From an uncultured Acidobacteriota bacterium (lineage in GTDB: Bacteria > Acidobacteriota > Thermoanaerobaculia > Gp7-AA8), in contig CAWGHO010000001.1 in assembly GCA_963822445.1 (NCBI GenBank), forward strand, positions 864,001 through 928,000: 64,000 bases of DNA, read 5' to 3'. Position 1 is the first letter of the stretch. Every line of letters begins with the position of its first letter. Position numbers and translations under genes: made by a program. The notes below the pieces were generated by a model. It saw nothing but the letters and a program-made list of their open reading frames with translations, was not told where the DNA came from and searched no databases. Shown here piece after piece: positions 40,592 through 50,159 of this stretch.

Positions 40592-41839
40592 CTACTGCAG
40601 GCTCAGAAGAACGAGAATCTCGCCGTCACCGCCGGCAAGGTCTTCGAGGGCCTTGCCGATGATCGTGCCGGGACGGTGAATCTCTGCGCCGTCGATGACG
40701 AGCGGCCGCGACTTCATCGCCACGCCGGGCTTGCCGCTGGTGACCAGGAGGTCCCCGATGCGAATCGGCGCCCCCTCGGCCGTGACCTTCACTTTCACCC
40801 GGCCGGTGGTGGCGATCTGCGATTTGCCGGCGCCCTCCACGCCGAGGACGATGCCCGGTTGCGCGGAGACCACTCCGGCCACGGACGAGTCATAGACGCC
40901 GTTCGAAGGCTCGACCACATTCGAGGCATTGCGATTCAGGCGGACCACCGTTCCGGCGGCCATCGGCGTCGTCGCCGGTACCCATTCGGCGATGTCCTGG
41001 AAGGTGGCGTTGATCACCGTCACGCCGGTGATGCTGCCCTTCACGTCCACGTTGCCGTGGACGGTGAGCTTCAATCCCGTCTCGTTGGTGCTGCCGATCG
41101 TCACGGCGCTGGTGGCCCGGGCGATGGTCATGGCGGTCTTGTTCAGCGTCGTGCCGTTGTAGTTGGTGCGCACCCGCAGCATGTCGGTGGGGGCGTCGTA
41201 ATCGAAACCGGCATACGGAACGGAGTTGCTGGGATGGGCAAAGGCGATCGCGCCGCCCTGAATGGTCAGCTTGTCGCTCGGGCTGAGCGTGCCGATGCCG
41301 ACGTTGCCGGTCTCGCGCTTCATGACCAGCCAGACCCGGTTGTGGACCGATGCCCCGACGTTGGCGCGCAGCCGGAGCCCGTCGACGGTGGGGTCGTAGT
41401 CGAATCCGACGTAAGGGTACGGATTCGTGGGGTGGTTGAAGGAGATCCCGCCGCCCTGGATGGTCAGCCGGTCGCTGGCCGACGTCGCGCCGATGCCGAG
41501 GTTGCCGTTCGCGGTGATGCGCATCGCCTCGATGCCGCTCGTGCCGAAGCGCATGTAACCGCTCTCGAAGTTCCAGAGCTCGACATCCGCGCCCGTCGAA
41601 GTGAGTCCCAGGCGGCAGCCGTCGCCGGCGCCCGATCCCGTCGTCGGATGGGTGAGCGTGAGAAACGGCGTGTTGTGGTGCACGTGCAGCCGCGTCGCCG
41701 GCGCGGAGGTGCCGATGCCGACGGCTCGGGACGTCCAGACGACATCTGAAGTGGAATCGTCCCAGGTCTGAGCCTGGAGAGACGACGGAGCAAAGAAAAG
41801 TGAGACGACCAGCGCGGACAGCAAGACAGTCCTGTTCAT
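40592..41839 (-). CDS. secreted tail-fibre-like protein with GN[VL]GIG repeats and C-terminal DIAE (peptidase G2/chaperone-like) domain
   Basis: Signal peptide MNRTVLLSALVVSLFFAPSSLQA; VGIGT/GNLGIG/GNVGIG; DIAEW..AGVVS.QPG..GRVKVKV..IRIGDLLVTS..GTIIGKALE. Confidence 0.75.
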   Translation of the reverse strand: MNRTVLLSALVVSLFFAPSSLQAQTWDDSTSDVVWTSRAVGIGTSAPATRLHVHHNTPFLTLTHPTTGSGAGDGCRLGLTSTGADVELWNFESGYMRFGTSGIEAMRITANGNLGIGATSASDRLTIQGGGISFNHPTNPYPYVGFDYDPTVDGLRLRANVGASVHNRVWLVMKRETGNVGIGTLSPSDKLTIQGGAIAFAHPSNSVPYAGFDYDAPTDMLRVRTNYNGTTLNKTAMTIARATSAVTIGSTNETGLKLTVHGNVDVKGSITGVTVINATFQDIAEWVPATTPMAAGTVVRLNRNASNVVEPSNGVYDSSVAGVVSAQPGIVLGVEGAGKSQIATTGRVKVKVTAEGAPIRIGDLLVTSGKPGVAMKSRPLVIDGAEIHRPGTIIGKALEDLAGGDGEILVLLSLQ

Positions 41840-41980
41840 AGACAAGTTCCTTTCGAGATACACCTGAATTTTCGGGTTGATTTACGGATGTTGGACGATG
41901 GACGGCGGCCCGGAAGAAACCGATCGACGGCCGCGGCGCCCATCAAGGATACACGCCGCGCGGCACTTGCTTCCCCGGCT

Positions 41981-41996
41981 CGGCACGCTCCATGCT
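41981..41996 (+). promoter_or_regulatory. putative sigma54 promoter
   Basis: CGGCACGCTCCATGCT (GG-N10-GC) about 75 nt upstream of GTG 42070. Confidence 0.5.
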
Positions 41997-42069
41997 GGCT
42001 GTGCTCAACGAAGCCGCCGAACGGCGCGTGGCCGTTCGGGGCACCCGGGTAAATAAAAGGAGGTTGTTC

Positions 42070-42432
42070 GTGTCCAGAAAATACGTCTTCTTCATGGTTG
42101 TGCTTCTCCTTACCTTCGCGGCCATCCCCGCGCTCGCCGGTCCGGTTCCCTCGAAGACCGCGGCGAATCAGAGCATCGACTCCCGTGATGCAGACCTGGC
42201 CGTCGTCCGCGCAGTTGCGGCCAACGAGCAGGTTTCGGCCGTGCTCACCGCGCACGGATTCACGAAGGAGCAGATCGATTCACGGCTCGCGCAGATGTCG
42301 CCGCAGGATCTGCATCAGCTGTCCCAGAACCTCGAGCAGCTCCAGCCTGCCGGTCTGACCCGTCAGGAATGGATCTGGATCGGTATCGGCGCGCTCGCCG
42401 CCCTGATCCTGGTCATCGCTCTGGCCGATTGA
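42070..42432 (+). CDS. PA2779-like secreted protein with C-terminal TM helix
   Basis: AAGGAGG RBS, signal peptide, LTAHGFTKEQIDSRLAQMSPQDLHQL..PAG, hydrophobic tail; next to a C39/TPR gene. Confidence 0.75.
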   Translation: MSRKYVFFMVVLLLTFAAIPALAGPVPSKTAANQSIDSRDADLAVVRAVAANEQVSAVLTAHGFTKEQIDSRLAQMSPQDLHQLSQNLEQLQPAGLTRQEWIWIGIGALAALILVIALAD

Positions 42433-42468
42433 TGCATACTCCCGGCGTGCCATAAACGGCTTCGGGAA

Positions 42469-42506
42469 AAAGGGCGAGCGCCGTGGAGCGCTCGCCCTTT
42501 CTTTTT
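42469..42506 (+). terminator. rho-independent terminator
   Basis: AAAGGGCGAGCGC-cgtgga-GCGCTCGCCCTTT-CTTTTT. Confidence 0.85.
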
Positions 42507-42583
42507 GGTTGCTGAGTTACTGAGTTGCTCGGTTCCTGGGTGGGCGGGACCTAGCAACACAGCAACCTAGCAATCCAGGAACC
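42507..42583. repeat. inverted octamer tandem-repeat hairpin (4+4)
   Basis: GGTTGCTG AGTTACTG AGTTGCTC GGTTCCTG ... TAGCAACA CAGCAACC TAGCAATC CAGGAACC. Confidence 0.82.
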
Positions 42584-42584
42584 T

Positions 42585-43646
42585 ATGAAATCAAGAAACG
42601 TCATCGCGCTCCTCTTCGCGGCCCTGACCACCACGTCCTGCGTCTACTGGACGCCCATCTCCCGCACCCCCGCCACGTCCGCAACGGTCATCCCCAACGT
42701 GCCGATGCAGAAGTGGGACATCAAGTCATGCGGTGCCGGCGCGCTCTCCAGCGTGCTGCAGCACTACGGCGATCCGACGACGATGGACGAATGGCAGGAG
42801 AAGCTGCCGAAGACGAAGGGCGGCGTGATGTCGATCGACCTCGTCCTCGCCGCGCGCGAGAAAGGCTTCGACGCGAACCTCGTCACCGGCGACCGCACCC
42901 TCGTCGAAGCGGAGCTCCGCGACGGCCGCCCGGTCATCCTCATGCTGCAGGTCATCCAGTACCCCGGCAAGAGCCTCGACTTCTTCCACTACGTCGTCCT
43001 CGACGGCTATGACCCGATGAAGAATCTCTTCCGGGTGCAGTTCGGCGATGGCAAAGCGCGCTGGGCCCATCTCGATCGACTCGAGCCGGCCTGGGTGAAG
43101 ACGAAACACGCCACGATCCTCATTCGCCGCACCGATCCGATCACGCCTGCGCTCCGCGCCGCGGTCCGACTCGAGGAAGAAGGCAAATTCGCGCTGGCCG
43201 CGCACGCCTACCGCGAGATCCTGGCAACCAACCCCACCTCCACCCTGGCCTGGACGAACCTCGGCAACACCGAAAACCGCCTCGGCCGCCGCGCCGCGGC
43301 AGAAGAAGCGTTCCGCAAAGCGATCGAGAGCGATCCCGAATCGGCCGACGCGCTGAACAACCTGGCCTGGCTGCTCTACGAAGACAAACGGATGGATGAA
43401 GCGGAGCCGATCGCGCGGAAGGCCGTGCTGATCAAGGCCCCCGACGCCTGGATGCGGATGGACACGCTCGCCCGAATTCTCGCCGCGCGTGGTGAGTGCG
43501 ATGAGGCCCGCAGCACGTTCCGCCAGGCGCTCGAGCAGGTGCCGGAAGGACGAGCCGCGGAGCGCGCGGACATCGAGGCAGCCGCGAGTAACATCGCCGC
43601 GTGTTCTCAAAACGCGCGCAGTGGTCCGCCACCGTCAACCGACTGA
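42585..43646 (+). CDS. C39-like cysteine peptidase plus TPR lipoprotein (PA2778-like)
   Basis: Lipobox TTSC; VPMQKWDIKSCGAGAL (Cys), FHYVVLDGYD (His); TPRs AWTNLG, ALNNLAW, DTLARIL. Confidence 0.85.
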   Translation: MKSRNVIALLFAALTTTSCVYWTPISRTPATSATVIPNVPMQKWDIKSCGAGALSSVLQHYGDPTTMDEWQEKLPKTKGGVMSIDLVLAAREKGFDANLVTGDRTLVEAELRDGRPVILMLQVIQYPGKSLDFFHYVVLDGYDPMKNLFRVQFGDGKARWAHLDRLEPAWVKTKHATILIRRTDPITPALRAAVRLEEEGKFALAAHAYREILATNPTSTLAWTNLGNTENRLGRRAAAEEAFRKAIESDPESADALNNLAWLLYEDKRMDEAEPIARKAVLIKAPDAWMRMDTLARILAARGECDEARSTFRQALEQVPEGRAAERADIEAAASNIAACSQNARSGPPPSTD

Positions 43647-44677
43647 CGCTCGAACGGCGCAAGCGTTCCGACCTCCTCGATCTCACCGAATCCAACCCCA
43701 CGCGGGCTGGCCTTCCCTATCCGCACGACGAGCTCGCCGAAGCACTGGCTCGCGGGGTACGCGCGTCGTATGACCCCGATCCGCGCGGCCTTCGCTCGGC
43801 TCGCGAGGCACTCGGAAATCCGGACGACCTGATCCTCACCGCCTCGACCAGCGAGGCCTATTCATTTCTCTTCAAGCTGCTGACCGATCCCGGCGACACG
43901 ATCCTCACCCCGACACCTTCCTATCCCCTGCTCGAGCATCTGGCGTCACTCGAACACATTTGCCTGCGGCCCTTTCCGCTCGAGTTTCACCGCCGCTGGG
44001 AAATTCATGACGTCCCGAGCATCGAAGCGAAATCGATCGTCGTCGTGAATCCGAACAATCCCACGGGCTCGTTCGTCACCGCGGACGAGCAGGATCGCCT
44101 GGCGCGGCTCGGCCTCCCCATCATTTCGGACGAAGTCTTCCTCGACTTCCCCCTGGACGGCGCAGGGAAAACGTTCGTGCGCGACGACGTCCTCACTTTC
44201 ACCCTCGGCGGCCTCTCCAAATCGGCGGGCCTGCCGCATTTCAAGCTCGCCTGGATTCGCGTCAGCGGCCCCGGAAAAGAGGAAGCACTCGACGCACTGG
44301 AGCTGATCGCCGACAACTTCCTCTCCGTCGCCACGCCGGTGCAGGTCGCGCTTCCGGAGATCCTGCGCATCGCGCCGCGCATCCGCGACGCCATCCGCCA
44401 ACGCACGCGCGCCAACCTGAACGCGTTGCGCGCCACGTTCGCGACGGTGAGGTCCGCGCAGGTGTTGCCGGTGGAGGGCGGGTGGTCGGCGGTCATCCGC
44501 GTGCCGCGAGTGATGTCCGACGAAGACCTGGCCATCGCCCTGCTCGATCGAGGCGTGGTCGTGCAGCCGGGATACTTTTTCGATTTTCCAGAGGGATACC
44601 TCGTAGTCTCCCTCCTGCCGCCCGAAGACGTGTTCGAGGAAGGAGTCACGAGGATTGCGTCAGCACTGGACACTTGA
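43601..44677 (+). CDS. PLP-dependent aminotransferase class I/II
   Basis: DLTESNPT, TASTSEAY, PSYPL, NPNNPTG, SDEVF, GLSKSAGLPHFKLAW. Confidence 0.9.
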   Translation: MFSKRAQWSATVNRLTLERRKRSDLLDLTESNPTRAGLPYPHDELAEALARGVRASYDPDPRGLRSAREALGNPDDLILTASTSEAYSFLFKLLTDPGDTILTPTPSYPLLEHLASLEHICLRPFPLEFHRRWEIHDVPSIEAKSIVVVNPNNPTGSFVTADEQDRLARLGLPIISDEVFLDFPLDGAGKTFVRDDVLTFTLGGLSKSAGLPHFKLAWIRVSGPGKEEALDALELIADNFLSVATPVQVALPEILRIAPRIRDAIRQRTRANLNALRATFATVRSAQVLPVEGGWSAVIRVPRVMSDEDLAIALLDRGVVVQPGYFFDFPEGYLVVSLLPPEDVFEEGVTRIASALDT

Positions 44678-45815
44678 CCCCGACATCACCTTTCTCAATC
44701 ACGGCTCGTTCGGCGCGACGCCGCGGGTCGTGCTCGAAAAACAGAATGAGCTCCGCGCGCAGATGGAGCGCGAGCCGGTGCGCTTTTTCGTCCGCGAGCT
44801 CGAGCCGCTGCTCGACGACGCGCGCGGACAACTCGCCGGCTTCCTCGGCGCTGACCCGCAGGGTCTGGCTTTCGTCCCGAACGCCACTGCCGGCGTCAAC
44901 GCCGTGCTTCGCTCGCTCGATCTCGATAAACACGACGAATTGCTCGTCACGAACCATGAATACAACGCCTGCCGCAACGCCCTCGATTACGTGTCGACGG
45001 TCAACGGCTCGAAGGTCGTCGTCGCCGAGGTGCCGTTTCCCATTGCTTCGCCGGACATCGTCGTCGAGCGGATCATGGAGAAGGTCACCGACCGCACCCG
45101 CCTGCTGCTCATCGATCACATCACCAGCCAGACCGCGCTGATTCTGCCGGTCGAGCGGATCGTGAAAGAGCTGAGCGCGCGCGGCATCGACACGCTTGTC
45201 GACGGTGCTCACGCTCCCGGAATGATCCCCCTGGACCTTCGCACGATCGGCGCCGCGTACTACGCCGGCAACCTGCACAAATGGGTCTCCGCGCCGAAAG
45301 GGGCCGCGTTCCTGTACGTGCGCGAGAACCGCCGCATGAGTGTGCATCCGATCTCGATCAGTCACGGCGCGAACTCCACCCGCCGCGATCGCAGCCGCTT
45401 CCTCCTCGAATTCGACTGGACCGGTACCTTCGATCCGACCCCGTGGCTCTGCGTTCCCGAATCCTTGCGCGTGATGGCGTCGCTGGTGGAAGGAGGATGG
45501 CCGGAGATCATGCGCCGCAATCGCGAGCTCGCTCTTCGCGCCCGGGACATTCTCACGAGCGACAAACCCGCGCCCGACGAGATGCTCGGGGCGATGGCGG
45601 CCATTCCCATCGACGCTGACGATCAGCTACAGGATCGTCTGTTGTTCGAGCACAAGATCGAAGTGCCGATCATGCCCTGGCCGCAGCCGCTGCTGCGCGT
45701 TTCCGCGCAGCTTTACAACACCATCGAGGAGTACGAGCGGCTAAAAGCTGCTTTAGGAGTGCCAGATTCGGCGCGCACGATACCTGCACATTCCGCAGTG
45801 GAAGGAGACACCTAG
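44655..45815 (+). CDS. aminotransferase class V (isopenicillin N epimerase / C-S lyase-like)
   Basis: FLNHGSFGATP, NATAGVN, DHITSQTA, VDGAHAPG, GNLHKW, WTGTFD, RVSAQLYN. Confidence 0.9.
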   Translation: MRQHWTLDPDITFLNHGSFGATPRVVLEKQNELRAQMEREPVRFFVRELEPLLDDARGQLAGFLGADPQGLAFVPNATAGVNAVLRSLDLDKHDELLVTNHEYNACRNALDYVSTVNGSKVVVAEVPFPIASPDIVVERIMEKVTDRTRLLLIDHITSQTALILPVERIVKELSARGIDTLVDGAHAPGMIPLDLRTIGAAYYAGNLHKWVSAPKGAAFLYVRENRRMSVHPISISHGANSTRRDRSRFLLEFDWTGTFDPTPWLCVPESLRVMASLVEGGWPEIMRRNRELALRARDILTSDKPAPDEMLGAMAAIPIDADDQLQDRLLFEHKIEVPIMPWPQPLLRVSAQLYNTIEEYERLKAALGVPDSARTIPAHSAVEGDT

Positions 45816-45817
45816 CC

Positions 45818-46417
45818 ATGACCTCACGAATCACCGCCGCGGCCGCCGCGCTGCTGCTGGTCTTGTTCATCGCCTGCAAGTCCGAGACGACCGATGGGCT
45901 GCCGAACACAGAAACGACCGGCACTTCGCAGTCCCCCTCGACCGCGACCAGCGATCCCACCACGACCGGCGCAACGGGCGGCACGTCGAGCACCGTCACA
46001 CCGGTCGACAAGGAGTGGGTAACCACCGCCGGCATGGCTGGACTGGCCGAAGTGCAGATGGGCAATCTCGCGCTGCAGAACGCGCAGAACGCTGATGTGA
46101 AGGCCTTCGCGCAGCGCATGATCACCGATCACACGAAGTCGAACGAAGAGCTCCAACAGCTCGTCAGCGCGAAGGGGCTCACCCTGCCCGCGCAACTCGA
46201 CGGCGAGCACAAAGCTGCCGTCGATCACCTCACCGGTCTGACCGGCGCGGAGTTCGACAAGGCCTACATGCAGCACATGGTCGCCGACCACAACACGGCC
46301 GTCGCGCACTTCTCGAAGAACGTGGAAGACGCCGACATCAAGGGTTACGCGACGAAGTCCCTACCGGTGTTGCAGGAGCACGCGGCTCTCGCTAAGACGG
46401 TCGCGGGAAAAGTTTAG
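45818..46417 (+). CDS. DUF4142-like (ferritin-like) lipoprotein
   Basis: Lipobox FIAC, Thr/Ser linker, AEVQMGNLA..VKAFAQRMITDH..FDKAYMQHMVADH..LPVLQEH. Confidence 0.88.
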   Translation: MTSRITAAAAALLLVLFIACKSETTDGLPNTETTGTSQSPSTATSDPTTTGATGGTSSTVTPVDKEWVTTAGMAGLAEVQMGNLALQNAQNADVKAFAQRMITDHTKSNEELQQLVSAKGLTLPAQLDGEHKAAVDHLTGLTGAEFDKAYMQHMVADHNTAVAHFSKNVEDADIKGYATKSLPVLQEHAALAKTVAGKV

Positions 46418-46448
46418 GAGTGCGGTGGCGCAAGCCACCGCTTTCCTA
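46415..46448. terminator. hairpin between convergent genes (REP-like / bidirectional terminator)
   Basis: TAGGAGTGCGGTGGC-GCAA-GCCACCGCTTTCCTA; both gene stops form the stem ends. Confidence 0.6.
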
Positions 46449-47207
46449 TTCCGCGGTAGCCGGCGTCCGCGTCGAAAGCTTCGCCTTCAGATAGTCCCCA
46501 TTCATCCGTGAGATGAAGTTCACCGAGATCTCCTTCGGGCACACCGCTTCGCATTCGCGGAACAGCGTGCAGCTGCCGAAGTGCTCCTCCATGACTTCCA
46601 CCATCTTCAGCACGCGCTCGTGGCGTTCGGGCTGGCCCTGGGGGAGCAGTCCGAGGTGGGAGACTTTTGCGGCGGTGAAAAGCTGCGCGGCGCCGTTCGG
46701 ACATTGCGCGACGCACGCGCCGCACTGAATGCACTCCGCGGCGTCCATTGACTGTTCCTGAATCGCCTTCGGAATCGGAAGCGTGTTCGCTTCGACGGCG
46801 CTGCCCGTGTTCACGGAGATGAAGCCGCCGGCCTGGATGATCTTGTCGAGCGGGCTCCGGTCGACGATGAGGTCTTTGATCACCGGGAACGAGCGCGCGC
46901 GCCACGGCTCGATCGTCACTTCCTGTCCATCCGTGAAGTGCCGCATGTGCAACTGGCAGGTCGCGGTGCCGCCGAGCGGGCCGTGCGCGTTGCCGTTGAT
47001 CATCATTCCGCACGAGCCGCAGATCCCCTCGCGGCAATCGTGCTCGAAGTGAATCGGGTCCTCACCTTTCTCGATGAGGCCTTCGTTCACGACGTCGAGC
47101 ATCTCCAGGAAGGAGGCGTCCGGGCTGATGCCCGTGGCCTTGTACTCGACGAACCTGCCTTCGGTGTCGCGCGACTTCTGCCGCCAGACGTGGAGTGTGA
47201 GATCCAT
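46446..47207 (-). CDS. sdhB: succinate dehydrogenase/fumarate reductase iron-sulfur subunit
   Basis: [40 protein letters not shown]. Confidence 0.95.
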   Translation of the reverse strand: MDLTLHVWRQKSRDTEGRFVEYKATGISPDASFLEMLDVVNEGLIEKGEDPIHFEHDCREGICGSCGMMINGNAHGPLGGTATCQLHMRHFTDGQEVTIEPWRARSFPVIKDLIVDRSPLDKIIQAGGFISVNTGSAVEANTLPIPKAIQEQSMDAAECIQCGACVAQCPNGAAQLFTAAKVSHLGLLPQGQPERHERVLKMVEVMEEHFGSCTLFRECEAVCPKEISVNFISRMNGDYLKAKLSTRTPATAE

Positions 47208-47221
47208 TTATCGTTTCCCCC

Positions 47222-47327
47222 AGTTCATCCCGCGCGCAGACGCGGGATCACTGGAGCACCCGCGGCGCACGGGCCACAGGCAACGCGAGTGGCTCCGCTG
47301 ATCCCGCGTCTGCGCGCGGGATAAACT
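47222..47327. repeat. inverted pair of the 29-bp palindromic repeat between sdhA and sdhB
   Basis: AGTTCATCCCGCGCGCAGACGCGGGATCA ... TGATCCCGCGTCTGCGCGCGGGATAAACT. Confidence 0.88.
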
Positions 47328-47335
47328 CAAAGACA

Positions 47336-49250
47336 TCACTTGTAGCTCCTCGTCGCCAACTTCACTTCTTCGTAATCCAGCGGCTCTTTGTGGAGACGGG
47401 CTCGTTGCCTTCGCCCTTGTGCTCCCAGGCCGCGACGTAGGTGAACTTGTCGTCGTTCCGCTTCGCCTCGCCCTCTTCGGTCTGGTACTCGCTGCGGAAG
47501 TGACCGCCGGCCGATTCCTCGCGATGGAGCGCGTCGATGCACATCAGCTCGGCGAGCTCGAAGAAGTCGGCGACGCGGCCCGCCTTCTCCAGCGACTGAT
47601 TGGGCTCTTCGCCAGTGCCCAGGACTTTCACGTCGCGCCAGTACTTCTCGCCAAGCTCGCGGATCTGGCTCAGCGCTTCCTTCAGCCCCTCCGCGTTGCG
47701 GGCCATGCCGCACTTGTCCCACATGATTCCGCCGAGCTCGCGGTGATACGAGTCGACGCTGCGCGTGCCGTTTGCCGACAGCAGACGCGAGATGCGGCCC
47801 TGCGTCGACGCGAGCCGCTTCTGCGAACTCCGGCCGGTCGCTGCCGACTTTCTTCCCGAACTGCGTCGGCCAGGTAATCGCCGATGGTGATTGGCAGAAC
47901 GAAGTAGCCGTCCGCGAGGCCCTGCATCAGCGCGCTCGCGCCGAGGCGGTTCGCGCCGTGATCGGAGAAATTCGCCTCGCCGATCACGTACAGGCCGGGC
48001 ACGTTCGACATCAGGTTGTAATCGACCCACAGCCCGCCCATCGAATAGTGCGGCGCCGGATAGATCCGCATCGGAACCTCATAAGGATCCTCGGCGGTAA
48101 TGTCGTGGTACATCTCGAACAGATTGCCGTAGCGCTCTTCGATGACCTTGCGGCCGAGGCGCTTGATGGCATCTGCGAAATCGAGGTAGACGCCGCGGCC
48201 GCTCTTGCCGATGCCCCGTCCGTCGTCGCAGGCTTCCTTCGCGGCGCGGGAGGCGATGTCGCGCGGCGCGAGGTTGCCGTAGCTCGGATACTTCCTCTCC
48301 AGGTAGTAGTCGCGCTCCGACTCGGGGATCTCGCGCGGTCCGCGCTTGTCGCCCTGATTCTTCGGCACCCAGATCCGGCCGTCGTTGCGGAGCGACTCGG
48401 ACATCAGCGTCAACTTCGACTGATATTCGCCGCTCTGGGGGATGCACGTCGGATGGATCTGCGTGTAGCAGGCGTTCGCGAACGCGGCGCCGCGCTTGTG
48501 CGCGCGCCAGATGGCGGTCGCGTTCGAGGCCTTCGCATTCGTCGACAGGTAGAAAACGTTGACATAGCCGCCGGTTCCGAGGACGACCGCGTCGGCGGCG
48601 TGGACTTCGATCTTTCCGTTGATCATGTTCCGCGTGACGATGCCCTTGGCGTGACCGTCGACCACGACCAGGTCGAGCATCTCGTAGCGGTTGTACTGCT
48701 TGACCGTGCCCAGCGCGATCTGCCGCTCCAGCGCCTGGAATGCGCCGAGGAGCAACTGCTGGCCTGTCTGGCCGCGGGCGTAGAAGGTCCGCGAGACCTG
48801 CACGCCGCCGAACGAACGATTCTCGAGCGCGCCGCCGTATTCACGAGCGAAAGGCACGCCCTGCGCGACGGCCTGATCGATGATGTTCACCGACAGCTCG
48901 GCCAGGCGATAGACGTTGCCTTCGCGGGCGCGGTAATCGCCGCCTTTGATCGTGTCGTAGAAGAGGCGGAAAACGCTGTCGCCGTCGTTGCGGTAGTTCT
49001 TGGCGGCGTTGATGCCACCCTGCGCGGCGATCGAGTGGGCGCGCCGCGGTGAGTCGTGGTAGACGAAGCACTTCACGTTGTATCCGAGCTCGCCGAGCGT
49101 CGCCGCGGCGGACGCTCCGGCCAGCCCCGCGCCGACGACGATGATGTCGTACTTGCGCTTGTTGGCCGGGTTCACCAGCTTGTAGTGCGACTTGGCGTGA
49201 GACCACTTCTCTGCGAGCGGTCCGGGAGGAATCTTCGAGTCGAGCTGCAT
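47336..49250 (-). CDS. sdhA: succinate dehydrogenase/fumarate reductase flavoprotein (frameshifts ~47860 and ~47400)
   Basis: [52 protein letters not shown], ends KLATRSYK*. Confidence 0.93.
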
Positions 49251-49257
49251 TGCGCGT

Positions 49258-49935
49258 TTACCTCACGAATCCGGTGAGCACGGCCAGCGGGAAGGAGATG
49301 TTCGCGGCGGTGATCAGAACGGCGAACACGGTCGCGAACGTACGGCGCCAGTTGTCGAACCGCGCGTGCGTCACGCCGACCGAACTGAACATGCTCCACA
49401 CGCCGTGGTAGAGGTGAAGGCCGAGAGCGAGGTTGGCGATGATGTAGATCGCCGCCACCCACCAGATCTGAAATCCGGAAACGACGTTGTGGTAGACGTC
49501 GTCCTTGATGAAGTCGCGGTGTGCATCGCCCGTCGTCAGATGGAGCAGGTGATAAATGATGAAGAGCAGGATGATCACCCCGCCCCAGCGCATGGTGCGC
49601 GCGGCGTAGGTGCCTTTGATGTACTGCCGCTCGCGATAACCGACCGGCCGGGCCTCGCGGTTCATCACCGTCAGCGCCCAGGCCGAGTGGATGTGGAAGA
49701 CCACACACACGAGCAGGATGATCCGCGTCACCCAGAGCGCCATCGTCTCGGGCATGGCCGGCGTGCCGAGCGCCCGCAGCCAGTGGGCGTATTCGTTCAG
49801 ATGCACGGGACCCATGTACAGCTTCAGGTTCCCGACCATGTGCAGGAAGATCCATCCGAAGAGGATCAGACCGGTCACCGCCATGACCGCCTTCTTGCCG
49901 ATGGCGGAGCGGTAGAAGTTCCCGAACCACGTCAT
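49258..49935 (-). CDS. sdhC: succinate dehydrogenase cytochrome b subunit
   Basis: [20 protein letters not shown], five TM segments with His ligands (FHIH, YHLLH, LHLYHG). Confidence 0.93.
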   Translation of the reverse strand: MTWFGNFYRSAIGKKAVMAVTGLILFGWIFLHMVGNLKLYMGPVHLNEYAHWLRALGTPAMPETMALWVTRIILLVCVVFHIHSAWALTVMNREARPVGYRERQYIKGTYAARTMRWGGVIILLFIIYHLLHLTTGDAHRDFIKDDVYHNVVSGFQIWWVAAIYIIANLALGLHLYHGVWSMFSSVGVTHARFDNWRRTFATVFAVLITAANISFPLAVLTGFVR

Positions 49936-49982
49936 GAGAAGCTCACCCTTTCCAAAGCCGCGACATCATAACGGCCCGAGGC

Positions 49983-50072
49983 CGAATGCAGAATGCAGAA
50001 TGCAAAATGCAGAAAAGGTCGTCGCACGTGACCGTCGTCTTTCTGCATTCTGCATTCTGCATTCTGCATTCG
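49983..50072. repeat. inverted heptamer tandem-repeat hairpin (4+4)
   Basis: (RAATGCA)x4 GAAA ... TTTC (TGCATTC)x4. Confidence 0.9.
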
Positions 50073-50159
50073 CCGTCAGGCCGCTCCTGACATTCGTCAC
50101 CCGGCACTCCTGATGTTCTGCAATGTCGTGAATCGTCCGGCGAGCGCATCGTGTGACAC

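Noticed and set aside
38540-41839. Prophage or integrated island around the fibre-like gene
   Set aside because: No integrase, capsid, terminase or att-like repeats seen; both proteins have signal peptides.
45774-45789. Sigma54 promoter before the DUF4142-like gene (CGCACGATACCTGCA)
   Set aside because: Lacks the conserved GG at -24; too weak to call.
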